DNA of 32,000 nucleotides from Synechococcus sp. A15-28 (GCF_014280175.1 NZ_CP047931.1:1470001-1502000); one strand, 5' to 3'; counted from the first letter of the stretch, positions 9,759 to 18,776 are shown. The notes: a model not told the origin generated them from the sequence alone. A program made the numbers and translations.

Positions 9759-9950
9759 TCACTTTCTTACTACCTTTGTCTGCTGTGGAAGAGGATGCTT
9801 ATAACCTTGACTTCTGATGTAGTCAGCCAATTGTTCAAGCTCGTTTTTCTGATAAGTCATATTTGACAACTTCTGTTCTCTGCTTTTCTGGATGTGATCA
9901 CTATTGATTTGATTGTTCATTGATAAATGACTATTGTGATTTTTGATCAA
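9759..9950 (-). CDS. Small hypothetical protein
   Basis: 63 aa ORF in an otherwise sparse region; weak support. Confidence 0.25.
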   Translation of the reverse strand: MIKNHNSHLSMNNQINSDHIQKSREQKLSNMTYQKNELEQLADYIRSQGYKHPLPQQTKVVRK

Positions 9951-10554
9951 TCAGATATTAGATTAAAGATTGGGTATTAGTTCACCTACATCACGAAGGA
10001 CGTAGGAGACTAATACCAATACGAACCATTGGAATTGAACCAATGCAAGGTCACCAGACGTTCGTTGAGCTAAACATACCCATCCATAAGGACGGCTTTT
10101 TTTATGACATGTGATTTAGATGAACCAGTACACCCAATCTGGTTGCTAACGGCCAATCACCTCCGTTAGCTAAGACAACCAACAGGTAATGCTCCTGTTT
10201 TTTATTCGCTTGAAGGTTGTTGTATCCATACAGTATGAATAGTAATATCAAGATGTCCCTTCAATGGACATAGTGATATTCAGATTCAAGCTCGGTAAAA
10301 AGATCAAGTAAACCTATTTATTTAACTTGCTGTTTGTTTTGTCCATCCACTAAACAAAGGGTTGATAAGTAGAAACACAAAGCGTTTCCAAGATCAACCA
10401 GGAGTTAGTACAAGTTAAATACAATGTGTCTTTTGGTTTACTTGTCTTTGGGCGGTACTTACGAAATGTCCGTCTCGCTGCGCTCGACCTGGACATTAAT
10501 AAAGGGGATGGTTTGTCATCCCCAAAGGTACAAAAGGAAGAGTACACCCACTCC

Positions 10555-10573
10555 CTTCCCCCTGTATAACTGA
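10555..10573 (+). repeat. Solitary copy of part of the 29-bp iteron unit
   Basis: CTTCCCCCTGTATAACTGA, 18/19 identical to 11187-11205 of the array. Confidence 0.6.
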
Positions 10574-10619
10574 CCACTCTAATTAAACCCAGGTGGGGAC
10601 TGATGTCTTAGGGTTACCT

Positions 10620-11027
10620 CTAACTTGCCTGCTTAGCCCTAGCAGAAGCAGTGGCTGTGAAAAATGACATGGCATGTCTTACTGCATCAATCATGTCAGG
10701 GTGAACCACACGATAAATCCGATGTTTACTACCTTTAGATGACGGCATTAAGCCTTCAGCCTGAATAAAACCTTTGTCAAGGAGCAAATCAATGGCATTA
10801 ATTACCTTTGCTTTCCCCATACTAAGTGTTTCAGCAATGGCCTTGTGTGACCAATTTGTTGTGCCACCACAGTCTCTACGATCTTTCCATTTCCTGTACA
10901 TCCGTTTATCATATCGTAGATCCTGATACGCAGATTGATACATCAGGCTATACACGGCTACTGCTGCATAGCCCAATTTTGCTATTTCGGTAATTGGAGG
11001 AACGGTGTCTTTAAGAATAACTGTCAT
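10620..11027 (-). CDS. Helix-turn-helix / winged-helix-like DNA-binding protein
   Basis: 135 aa; TNWSHKAIAETLSMGKAKVINAIDLLLDKGFIQAEG...HRIYRVV resembles a winged-helix domain; transcribed away from the 29-bp repeat array. Confidence 0.6.
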   Translation of the reverse strand: MTVILKDTVPPITEIAKLGYAAVAVYSLMYQSAYQDLRYDKRMYRKWKDRRDCGGTTNWSHKAIAETLSMGKAKVINAIDLLLDKGFIQAEGLMPSSKGSKHRIYRVVHPDMIDAVRHAMSFFTATASARAKQAS

Positions 11028-11085
11028 TTAGATAATACTTACTTGTGTTCTATTTGGAACGCATTAGTTGACTAGGTTGTGATCA

Positions 11086-11230
11086 GGGTCGGATCGTCAG
11101 ATCCCCCTATATAAGGGTCGGGTCTCCAGATCCCCCTGTATAAGTGTCGGATCGCCAGATCCCCCTGTATACGTGTCGGATTGCTGCTTCCCCCTATATA
11201 ACTGAGGGGTCTCTACTTCCCCCTGTATAA
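11086..11230. repeat. Tandem array of five 29-bp units plus a partial sixth (iteron-like)
   Basis: Units 11086-11114, 11115-11143, 11144-11172, 11173-11201, 11202-11230, each ending CCCCCT(A/G)TATA(A/C); units 1 and 3 carry the dyad GGATC-N4-GATCC. Confidence 0.9.
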
Positions 11231-11537
11231 GGGTCGGATTGCGTGACGGTATTGAACCTGGCTGGCCACTCAGAGACGCCATACGCGTCTGTATTGATTA
11301 CTAGATCCTTCTGTGACGGAATCCCTTTGTTTTGCATTTTGGATACCTTGTAGAGGCATATAGGGGTCTCTGGCGCTTTTGTGATTGTGACTCCTTTGAC
11401 TTGACGTGCTCACAATGCCGCCTGAACCCGATTACAAGTAATTGCTAGTGATTGTGAAATTGATTGAACTTTTGTAGTATTTGAGCAAGCTTACGAATGA
11501 TGCTGGACAGCCTTGTCCATTTTGTCTCTTCAAAGTC

Positions 11538-12731
11538 TTAGAGAAGATTCACAGCTCGCTCCAATTCACTCCAAGGAGTAGCGCCATATGCCATAGAAAT
11601 AGAATTAGGTGTGTGGCCAAGCAAAGTAACGACAACAGCCTCATTCATGTTATGTGCTCTCAATATGGTTGCAGCTCTGTCTCTAAAACCTTTGGGAGTT
11701 ATTCCAACTATTTTCCTACACGGCTTTGAAAGATTGACTCCCCAACGCTTATTAGCCCCTTGGTACTGACCCGGCCACAAAAGATCTTTCCTTTCGCGCA
11801 TCTCAATAGACAATGACTTCAATCTTGGATGAATTGGAATTGACCTCGCAGAGGAATCGCTCTTCAAGGGTCTTAACGCATTGGGTCGGATCAGTATCCG
11901 GTCATCAAGCAGGTCTTCTGCTTGCAAGCCAGCAATCTCAGCAAGTCGAGCACCAGTGAAATAAAGGAACTTGAAAATCTCTATCTGTTGACCCGACCCA
12001 TTCCACTGTGATGGATCGGTGATTGTGACATCAAGTTTTCTGACTTTAACGACCTTGATCCGTGTATTTAAGCCCTTGAATATATGGGTGCAATCGGGTC
12101 GTAGTTCACAAAGCACTGACCAGAGTCCACAAAGAAATGCGAGACGCGTTTTGACAGTTGAAGGACTTAGACGTGACAGCAACGAGGAGCGATAAGCAAC
12201 GGCGTGTTGGCGTGAAGCAGACGTTGGGTACGTGACTGCAGAGTGTGCCAAGAAATCGTCCAAGGCAGCCTTCCAAGCGATCTCCGTCCGTGCTGCAGGT
12301 GACTTCAGTGCCTTGGCCTGCTGGATCAGCTCTTCTTTGGAAAGGTGGTCTGGTGGCTGCTTCTCACCCTTCAAAATCGCTCTGTATCTGGCCGCTTGAT
12401 CGAGAGTTATCGACCCTTCCTCAACCTCAACATCACAGCCAGTAAGCAGCGTTTCAACAATTTCTGGATCAGACAGATCAAACCGTTGAGGAACCAAATC
12501 AATTAGCTCGTCGCCAGTCAGTGAAACCTCATTGCGAGCCTCAGCAATCAGTCGATCTGTCTTTGCTGCAAATGCAGCTGAGAGCCTCTGTGCGACGCGG
12601 TAGGTCGATCCAGCAGCCTCAACCCAAATCGTTTTGCCTATGACTGGCTGAACGTCCTTGGGAACGCCACGCTGCAACTGGTAACCATTGCGGGCCTGAC
12701 GCACGTATGTCGGATGCTTCCGAAAAGGCAC
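11538..12731 (-). CDS. Tyrosine recombinase / integrase
   Basis: 397 aa, GTG start; FLYFTGARLAEIAGLQAEDL, PKGFRDRAATILRAHNMNEAVVVTLLGHTPNSISMAYG; phage-type SAM-like N-terminal region. Confidence 0.9.
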   Translation of the reverse strand: MPFRKHPTYVRQARNGYQLQRGVPKDVQPVIGKTIWVEAAGSTYRVAQRLSAAFAAKTDRLIAEARNEVSLTGDELIDLVPQRFDLSDPEIVETLLTGCDVEVEEGSITLDQAARYRAILKGEKQPPDHLSKEELIQQAKALKSPAARTEIAWKAALDDFLAHSAVTYPTSASRQHAVAYRSSLLSRLSPSTVKTRLAFLCGLWSVLCELRPDCTHIFKGLNTRIKVVKVRKLDVTITDPSQWNGSGQQIEIFKFLYFTGARLAEIAGLQAEDLLDDRILIRPNALRPLKSDSSARSIPIHPRLKSLSIEMRERKDLLWPGQYQGANKRWGVNLSKPCRKIVGITPKGFRDRAATILRAHNMNEAVVVTLLGHTPNSISMAYGATPWSELERAVNLL

Positions 12732-12732
12732 C

Positions 12733-12754
12733 TTTAGTCACAGTTTTAGTCACA
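12733..12754 (+). repeat. Two TTTAGTCACA repeats, 12-bp period (candidate integrase arm sites, right)
   Basis: TTTAGTCACA at 12733-12742 and 12745-12754, immediately upstream of the integrase start. Confidence 0.75.
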
Positions 12755-12775
12755 CCCTAGTCAGCCAAAAGCCAG

Positions 12776-13957
12776 ATGGACACAAACAAGCTGCGATCAC
12801 AATGTCCAGCCCTGCTCAACAAGACCTACTTCAACTACGGCGGCCAAGGCCCCCTGCCGACGCCATCGCTGGAGGCGATCCAGGCCAGCTGGCGGCGCAT
12901 TCAGGAGCTGGGCCCCTTCACCACGGATGTATGGCCATTCATCGGGGCCGAGGTGTCCAGCACCCGGCGGCGCCTCGCCCAGCTCTGCGGCGTGGCCCCC
13001 CATCGCCTGGCCCTCAGTGAAAACGTCACGAGCGGTTGTGTGCTGCCGCTGTGGGGACTGCCCTTCGACAGTGGCGATCGTCTGCTGATCAGCGACTGCG
13101 AACACCCTGGGGTTGTGGCCGCCTGCGTGGAGCTGGCCCGGCGTGAGGGGCTGACGATCGACACCCTGCCGGTGAAGCAGCTGCGCGGCGATCAACCCAG
13201 CACCGATGCGGGCGTGATGGACGCCCTGGAGCAGAGCCTCACCCCCCGCTCGCGGCTGGTGGTGCTGAGTCATCTGCTCTGGAACACGGGCCAGATCATG
13301 CCCATCCCCGCCGTCGCGGAACGGCTCGCCCAGCACCCCCAGGCGCCCTATCTGCTGGTGGATGCCGCCCAGAGTTTCGGGCAGATTCCTGTGCAGGACG
13401 CTGCTGCCGCCGCTGACATCTATGCCTTCACCGGCCACAAGTGGGCCTGTGGCCCGGAAGGCCTGGGTGGCGTGGCCCTGTCGGAACGGGTGCTGAACGA
13501 AGGCCAACCTACCGTGATCGGCTGGCGCAGCTTGCAGGATGAAAGCAAAGCGGACCTGAGCAGCTCCGATCCGTTCCACCACGACAGCCGCCGTTTTGAA
13601 GTCGCCACCAGCTGCGTGCCCCTGATGGCGGGCCTGCGCTGTTCGCTGGAGTTATTGGACCAGGAAGGATCGGCGGAAACCCGACTGATGCGGATCCGTC
13701 AGCTCAGTGGTGATCTCTGGAGCGGACTGCGGGAGATGCCTGGAGTCAAGCCTCTGATGGAGGTGCCACCGGCCAGTGGCCTGGTGAGCTTTCAGCTGAG
13801 CTGTGACGCAGCTCCTGCAGAGGTGGTGCAGCAACTTGGCCAACAGGGCCTGTGGATCCGCGACCTGGCGGACCCCAGCTGCCTGCGCGCCTGCACCCAT
13901 GTGACCACAACTGAGGCTGAAACGGAGGCACTGACGACGGCAATTGCACGATATTGA
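12776..13957 (+). CDS. Aminotransferase class V (cysteine desulfurase / isopenicillin N epimerase-like), PLP-dependent
   Basis: 393 aa; NKTYFNYGGQGPLP, VLSHLLWNTGQIMP, PYLLVDAAQSFGQIPV, FTGHKWACGPEGLGG (PLP lysine). Confidence 0.9.
   Translation: MDTNKLRSQCPALLNKTYFNYGGQGPLPTPSLEAIQASWRRIQELGPFTTDVWPFIGAEVSSTRRRLAQLCGVAPHRLALSENVTSGCVLPLWGLPFDSGDRLLISDCEHPGVVAACVELARREGLTIDTLPVKQLRGDQPSTDAGVMDALEQSLTPRSRLVVLSHLLWNTGQIMPIPAVAERLAQHPQAPYLLVDAAQSFGQIPVQDAAAAADIYAFTGHKWACGPEGLGGVALSERVLNEGQPTVIGWRSLQDESKADLSSSDPFHHDSRRFEVATSCVPLMAGLRCSLELLDQEGSAETRLMRIRQLSGDLWSGLREMPGVKPLMEVPPASGLVSFQLSCDAAPAEVVQQLGQQGLWIRDLADPSCLRACTHVTTTEAETEALTTAIARY
12803..12837 (+). repeat. Right attachment-site copy (attR-like), inside the aminotransferase CDS
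   Basis: TGTCCAGCCCTGCTCAACAAGACCTACTTCAACTA, encodes CPALLNKTYFNY. Confidence 0.88.
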
Positions 13958-13995
13958 CAACATATCCTATTGATATATCACCCATTTCGTGCCTC

Positions 13996-15582
13996 TCAGC
14001 GTCGCTGTCTCAGGGCCTGCTCCGCCTGCTCGCGGTCATCAAAATGCACCTTCTCCGTACCGAGAATTTGATAGTCCTCATGGCCCTTGCCGGCGATCAG
14101 CACCAGGTCCGCTGGTGATGCTTCAGCAATGCCCTCCGCAATCGCCCTGGCCCGGTCGCGCTCAACCCTGAGTTCGGTGCCGGATGGAATGCCCGCCACC
14201 ACATCGGCCAGGATCTGATCAGGATCTTCTGTGCGCGGGTTGTCAGAGGTGACCACGACCCGATCCGCCAACCGGGCCGCAATCGCTGCCATCTGAGGCC
14301 GCTTGCCCCGATCCCTGTCGCCGCCGCAGCCAAACACGCAGACCAGCCGACCCGCCGCAAATGGTCGAGACGCCGCCAGTGCATTCTCGAGACCATCGGG
14401 GGTGTGGGCGTAATCCACCAGAACAGTCGGCAACGCGGCAGCTTCAGCCCCCTCAACGACCACCCGTTCCATGCGGCCGGGCACACCCCGGAAGCTACCG
14501 ACGGCCTCCAGCAGCGGATCGAGGGGCAGACCCCGTTGCAGCAGGACCCCCACCGACTGCAACAGGTTCATCAGGTTGAAGCGCCCCAGCAGCGGAGAAT
14601 GGAATGCGCAGGATCCAACGGGACTGATCAAGCGTCCGCTGACGCCCTGTCCGGTCATCTGCAGGTCAGCCATCTGCAACTCCGCCTGCGGGTCCGCCAG
14701 GGAGCTGCACCAGCAGCGCTCCCCCAGTTGCTCAGCAAGCCGGCTCCCCCAGGGGTCATCGCCATTGACCACCGCCGCTGGTCCATCTCCCTCCAGCAGT
14801 GGAGCCGCAAACAGACGAGTCTTGGCCTCGAAATAGGCCTCCATCGTCTGGTGGTAATCGAGATGGTCCTGGGTGAGGTTGGTGAACACCGCCCCCGCGA
14901 AGCGACACCCCGCCACCCGATCCTGCACCAGGGCATGGGAACTCACCTCCATCGCCGCCAGCTGACTCCCCGCCCTGGCTGCGTTGGCCAGCTGGGCCTG
15001 CAGGCGATCCGCCACCGATGTGGTGTGGGTCGCCGTGATGCTGTGGCCAGGCCATCGGTTGACCAGGGTGCCGAACAGGGCGGTGGGCCGACCGGCTTGG
15101 ACCGCCAGATGCTCGATCAGATGGGTTGTGGTGGTTTTGCCATTGGTGCCGGTGACACCGATCAGCCCCATCCGATGGCAGGGATGTCCCCAGTAAGCGG
15201 CCGCCAATTCACCGACGGTGCGCGCCACCGAATCCGCTACCACCACCACCGGCTGGCCAGCCCCGGGGGGGAATTCTTGCGCTGCGGCAGGACCGATCAC
15301 TGCTGCTGCGGCGCCATCCTGCAGCGCCTGATGCCAGAAACGACCGCCATCAACCCGCTCGCCCGGCAGCCCTAGGAACAGTGTTCCCTCTCCCACCAGG
15401 CGCGAATCACTGGTGATGGACGAGATCGGGAGGTCAGCCAATGCGGCAGGGACGTCCAGGCCGACATCGCGCAGCAGGGCATGCAACGACTGACCCATGC
15501 GATCGGCCACAACTCGGCTCGTTCTAAGCCGATCCAGAGGGGTTGGACAGCGCCCGTTGCAACCAGTTGAACAGGCCCTCAC
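13996..15582 (-). CDS. murE: UDP-N-acetylmuramoyl-L-alanyl-D-glutamate--2,6-diaminopimelate ligase
   Basis: 528 aa; [81 protein letters not shown]. Confidence 0.95.
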   Translation of the reverse strand: MRACSTGCNGRCPTPLDRLRTSRVVADRMGQSLHALLRDVGLDVPAALADLPISSITSDSRLVGEGTLFLGLPGERVDGGRFWHQALQDGAAAAVIGPAAAQEFPPGAGQPVVVVADSVARTVGELAAAYWGHPCHRMGLIGVTGTNGKTTTTHLIEHLAVQAGRPTALFGTLVNRWPGHSITATHTTSVADRLQAQLANAARAGSQLAAMEVSSHALVQDRVAGCRFAGAVFTNLTQDHLDYHQTMEAYFEAKTRLFAAPLLEGDGPAAVVNGDDPWGSRLAEQLGERCWCSSLADPQAELQMADLQMTGQGVSGRLISPVGSCAFHSPLLGRFNLMNLLQSVGVLLQRGLPLDPLLEAVGSFRGVPGRMERVVVEGAEAAALPTVLVDYAHTPDGLENALAASRPFAAGRLVCVFGCGGDRDRGKRPQMAAIAARLADRVVVTSDNPRTEDPDQILADVVAGIPSGTELRVERDRARAIAEGIAEASPADLVLIAGKGHEDYQILGTEKVHFDDREQAEQALRQRR

Positions 15583-15805
15583 CGGACAGCCGCGGCGAGA
15601 CCCGTGGCAGCTCTCGGCCCTGGACCATCAGCACCGGCACTTCAAGGTCGTAGCGGGCCTTCAGTTCGGGTGTCACGCCAGCCCCATCCAGGTCAATCAC
15701 CTGCAGGGTGACCCCGAGCCCCATCAGGTTCAGGGCTTCGAGGCGCTGTTCGAGCCCCTCACACAGGCAGCAGCCCTGGCGGCTGTAGAGCACCAGCTCC
15801 TGCAT
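15524..15805 (-). CDS. Glutaredoxin-like (DUF836-type) thioredoxin-fold protein
   Basis: [25 protein letters not shown]...[23 protein letters not shown]; start overlaps the YidD stop by ATGA. Confidence 0.75.
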   Translation of the reverse strand: MQELVLYSRQGCCLCEGLEQRLEALNLMGLGVTLQVIDLDGAGVTPELKARYDLEVPVLMVQGRELPRVSPRLSGEGLFNWLQRALSNPSGSA

Positions 15806-16119
15806 CAGTCCGGCACCGGATCGCAACCACAGGGGGTGAAGGGGTGGCAGCGCAACAGCCGCCGAACAGTGAGCCACCCTCCTTTCCAGGGACCATGCCG
15901 CTGAATCGCCTCCAGGCCATAGGCGCTGCAGGTGGGAGTGAAACGACAACGCGGACCGATCAGCGGCGAAATGAAACGCCGGTAAAAGCCGATCAACGCC
16001 AGCATCACCCAGGCCAGGCCACGGTTCAAGCTGGTGACGATGGGAGCCAGTGGGCTGCCCGATACAGTGGTTGGTTCGTGCACTGGCGAAGGCACCTGGG
16101 GCTGATCCGGTTCCAGCAT
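15805..16119 (-). CDS. yidD: Membrane protein insertion efficiency factor YidD
   Basis: [62 protein letters not shown]; exact start uncertain. Confidence 0.9.
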   Translation of the reverse strand: MLEPDQPQVPSPVHEPTTVSGSPLAPIVTSLNRGLAWVMLALIGFYRRFISPLIGPRCRFTPTCSAYGLEAIQRHGPWKGGWLTVRRLLRCHPFTPCGCDPVPD

Positions 16120-16159
16120 GCCCAAACCCGGCACGAATCCAACCTCTACCTTCCCATCC

Positions 16160-16768
16160 ATGGCTCGATACCGCGGCCCTCGTCTGAGGATCACGCGGCG
16201 CTTGGGAGACCTCCCTGGTCTCACCCGGAAGGCCGCAAAGCGGTCCTATCCCCCCGGTCAGCACGGCCAAGCCCGTCGCAAGCGCTCTGAATACGCAATC
16301 CGTCTCGAAGAAAAGCAGAAGCTTCGCTTCAACTACGGCATCTCCGAGCGTCAGCTCGTGCGTTACGTGAAGAAAGCGCGCGCCCAGGAGGGTTCCACCG
16401 GAACCAACCTGCTCAAGCTGCTCGAGAACCGTCTCGACAATGTCTGTTTCCGCCTGGGCTTCGGTCCCACCGTGCCCGGCGCCCGTCAGCTGGTGAACCA
16501 CGGCCACGTCACCGTCAACGGCCGCGTCACCGATATCGCCAGCTACCAGTGCAAGGCCGGCGATGTGATCGCCATCCGCGAGCGCAAGTGCAGCAAGCAG
16601 CTGGCTGAAGCCAACCTCGAGTTCCCGGGTCTGGCCAACGTGCCGTCCCACCTGGAACTGGACAAGGCCAAGCTCAACGCCAAGGTCACCGGTCGCTGTG
16701 AACGCGAATGGGTTGCCCTGGAGATCAACGAACTGCTGGTGGTGGAGTACTACTCCAGAAAGGTTTAA
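16160..16768 (+). CDS. rpsD: 30S ribosomal protein S4
   Basis: [24 protein letters not shown]...[12 protein letters not shown]...NYGISERQL...[13 protein letters not shown]...HGHVTVNG; ends VVEYYSRKV. Confidence 0.97.
   Translation: MARYRGPRLRITRRLGDLPGLTRKAAKRSYPPGQHGQARRKRSEYAIRLEEKQKLRFNYGISERQLVRYVKKARAQEGSTGTNLLKLLENRLDNVCFRLGFGPTVPGARQLVNHGHVTVNGRVTDIASYQCKAGDVIAIRERKCSKQLAEANLEFPGLANVPSHLELDKAKLNAKVTGRCEREWVALEINELLVVEYYSRKV
16749..16764 (+). repeat. Attachment-like repeat in rpsD 3' end, copy 1
   Basis: ACTACTCCAGAAAGGT, exact match to 20099-20114. Confidence 0.7.
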
Positions 16769-16827
16769 GTTCGGTTCATAACGAGAGCTCTCAGCTTTTT
16801 ACGAGTACCCATTCAAACTTTATTCAA

Positions 16828-16872
16828 TCTCCTGATACCGTTCAATAAAAACGGTATCAGGAGACTTTTTTT
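16828..16872 (+). terminator. Rho-independent terminator downstream of rpsD
   Basis: TCTCCTGATACCGTT / AACGGTATCAGGAGA 15-bp perfect stem, 7-nt loop, followed by C then T7. Confidence 0.92.
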
Positions 16873-16904
16873 GATTTTTTCCTTTTAGTTAAACACCATT
16901 TTGT

Positions 16905-18326
16905 CTAATTAATTAGCGTCTGATACATTACCCTTGAAAGCAATCTAATGCCATCGTCATCTTTCAAAGTTTGAAAATCAGGCATATTATTGTAAAAAAT
17001 TGACAAATCTTCTAGCAATTCAGGATGAAATTGGAAAGTAAACGATTTTCGTATTTTTTGAGTTTGAAAATCTAAATAATTTATGCAAGTAGCTGCTACT
17101 TCTGTGCAGACTTCTCCATTTATACGAGTTGAGCAAACAATTTCAACAGATGTTGGTAGATTCAAAATCCAAGATAGATCTGATATCAATATCTTCTTTC
17201 TTATAGGATAAACTGCCTTGTGCAATTCTCCGAATGCCCAATTAGCAAAAAGAATTGCTTCCTGGTTAACTACATCGCTATGAAACATTTCTATATGGAG
17301 GTTTTTTTCATATGTAATAAATTTTTCGACAACACCCAGTTCATGCTCGTGAGATAGCTCATGACACATAAGTAAATTTGAAAATTCATCACTAGGATGC
17401 AGTCCAGAATGCGAATATTTCTTTAGGTCTACTTTGCCGACCTCAGGCTTATGGTTAAGCGCAACTGCAAAACAACTATCATTCCAGCCTTTTGCAACTA
17501 TCTTTTCATTTCTATAAACACATAAACTTTCTCCAACCAAGATAATTTCCGTACACTTCTTCCTGAGGTTGTCTAGATAGTAATTACTATCTTCAGAATT
17601 AATCAAAAATGATAAACAGTCATCAGTCGCTCTTTTGATTATCTCTATATGAGCCTGAGCAGCAAGTTGATGACCTAGGCAAATAAATATAGCAGGAGAT
17701 GAGTTTGAATCCCTTGAAAGTATAATTTCCTCAGCAACTTCTTGCAAATCTTCTAGCTTAATACTTGTATCATCAAAGCTTTTGCAATCTTTTAAAGTTG
17801 GATAACCCCCCTCTACGAAACACATAATACAGTTTTTAATCAATTCTATTAAAAGTTCATTATTTAAAGGACCAGCCTCCCAGAGTGGTATCAATATTGA
17901 ATCGCAGTCGGCTATATATTGAGACAAGTACGCAATATTTATAGATGCTTTAACCTCATTCCCATATGGATTTACGCCGACATGCTTAGCGGGCTCTATT
18001 ATACAAATAGAATTTCTATAAATTCCAGGATATTTTAGAATTTCTTTTAAATCATTATTCGATCTTACAACTCTTTCCAAAGGACCTTCTTCTCCCCATT
18101 GACTATTGGCAAGTAAATCCAATTTCTTATCATAAAAAGGTTCAAGCAAACTATTTGAATCTCTATCATTTATGAAATCGGCCAAAAGAAATTCAATACT
18201 TGTTCGATTTGATTTTCCAGGCCTGAAAAAGCCAGCCATAGCTTTAAATACTAACATTTTCCATATTAGCTTCTTTGTCAACCGTATTTTAGTATCTAGT
18301 ACGACAGAGTGGCATAGCATTAGCAC
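16905..18326 (-). CDS. Divergent class-I glutamine amidotransferase-like protein (hypothetical)
   Basis: 473 aa; nucleophile elbow-like AIFICLGHQLAAQAHIE and C-terminal FTFQFHPELLEDL; true start may be an internal Met (e.g. MAGFFRPGKS). Confidence 0.6.
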   Translation of the reverse strand: MLMLCHSVVLDTKIRLTKKLIWKMLVFKAMAGFFRPGKSNRTSIEFLLADFINDRDSNSLLEPFYDKKLDLLANSQWGEEGPLERVVRSNNDLKEILKYPGIYRNSICIIEPAKHVGVNPYGNEVKASINIAYLSQYIADCDSILIPLWEAGPLNNELLIELIKNCIMCFVEGGYPTLKDCKSFDDTSIKLEDLQEVAEEIILSRDSNSSPAIFICLGHQLAAQAHIEIIKRATDDCLSFLINSEDSNYYLDNLRKKCTEIILVGESLCVYRNEKIVAKGWNDSCFAVALNHKPEVGKVDLKKYSHSGLHPSDEFSNLLMCHELSHEHELGVVEKFITYEKNLHIEMFHSDVVNQEAILFANWAFGELHKAVYPIRKKILISDLSWILNLPTSVEIVCSTRINGEVCTEVAATCINYLDFQTQKIRKSFTFQFHPELLEDLSIFYNNMPDFQTLKDDDGIRLLSRVMYQTLIN

Positions 18327-18364
18327 TTTAATGATAATTAAAACGTAATCGATAGTGAAATAGA

Positions 18365-18544
18365 ATGTCTATTTATTGCTTATCTAGTGTGTCAAGCGTC
18401 CACTCACAAGGGCGAGCAATCAAGATCTCGTTGACCACTGTATTGGGAGCTGCTGAGGCATTTATTGCCAAGTACGCAGAGTGGATCAATAGTCACGGCG
18501 TTGATCTCACCTCGGCTCAACCAAGCGAATGGGCGGCTAGCTAA
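18365..18544 (+). CDS. Small hypothetical protein (59 aa)
   Basis: MSIYCLSSVSSVHSQGRAIKISLTTVLGAAEAFIAKYAEWINSHGVDLTSAQPSEWAAS; open frame only. Confidence 0.35.
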   Translation: MSIYCLSSVSSVHSQGRAIKISLTTVLGAAEAFIAKYAEWINSHGVDLTSAQPSEWAAS

Positions 18545-18614
18545 AAATCAGTGTTGGCAGCGGTTCAGATCCTTAGAGCGTTCTGTGTCAGAAGGTCAGC
18601 GGCATAACCAACGC

Positions 18615-18673
18615 TTAGCCAGCTCCAGGAGCCCAACCAGCCTCAGTACGCCAAGTTGGTGCTAGAGCTTGCA
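18615..18673 (+). repeat. ~59-bp direct repeat, copy 1
   Basis: TTAGCCAGCTCCAGGAGCCCAACCAGCCTCAGTACGCCAAGTTGGTGCTAGAGCTTGCA, near-match to 18977-19036. Confidence 0.75.
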
Positions 18674-18776
18674 CCGGTTTTTATGCGTGCTGAAGTTTTC
18701 CAGATGGTTCGTTCCAATACAGTTCACACCCCTAAAGGAGCTTTATAACGGACTTACAACTGAAGGAGGTGCCATG

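Larger units (their letters stand above)
4353..12837. mobile_element. Integrated genomic element inserted in the 5' end of the aminotransferase class V gene
   Basis: 35-bp direct repeats (34/35 identical) at both ends, tyrosine recombinase at the right end, paired TTTAGTCACA repeats near both ends, accessory/hypothetical content between. Confidence 0.88.

Noticed and set aside
10026-10045. CCATTGG...CCAATG short inverted repeat
   Set aside because: Short stem without a U-run or adjacent gene; could easily be chance.
10350-10577. 75-aa minus-strand ORF
   Set aside because: Low-complexity, no recognisable features, overlaps the solitary operator-like copy; coding status unsupported.
11086-11230. 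29-bp tandem units considered as a CRISPR array
   Set aside because: Units are immediately contiguous with no unique spacers and no cas genes nearby; they fit iterons or operators better.
11097-11282. 61-aa minus-strand ORF over the repeat array
   Set aside because: The protein is simply the translated 29-bp repeats (PTLIQGEVETPQLYRG...); no independent coding evidence.
14404-15375. 323-aa plus-strand ORF
   Set aside because: Antisense to murE, an artefact of high-GC codon structure.
15524-16651. 375-aa minus-strand ORF as one gene
   Set aside because: N-terminal part is antisense to rpsD; only the C-terminal glutaredoxin-like part (15524-15805) is supported.
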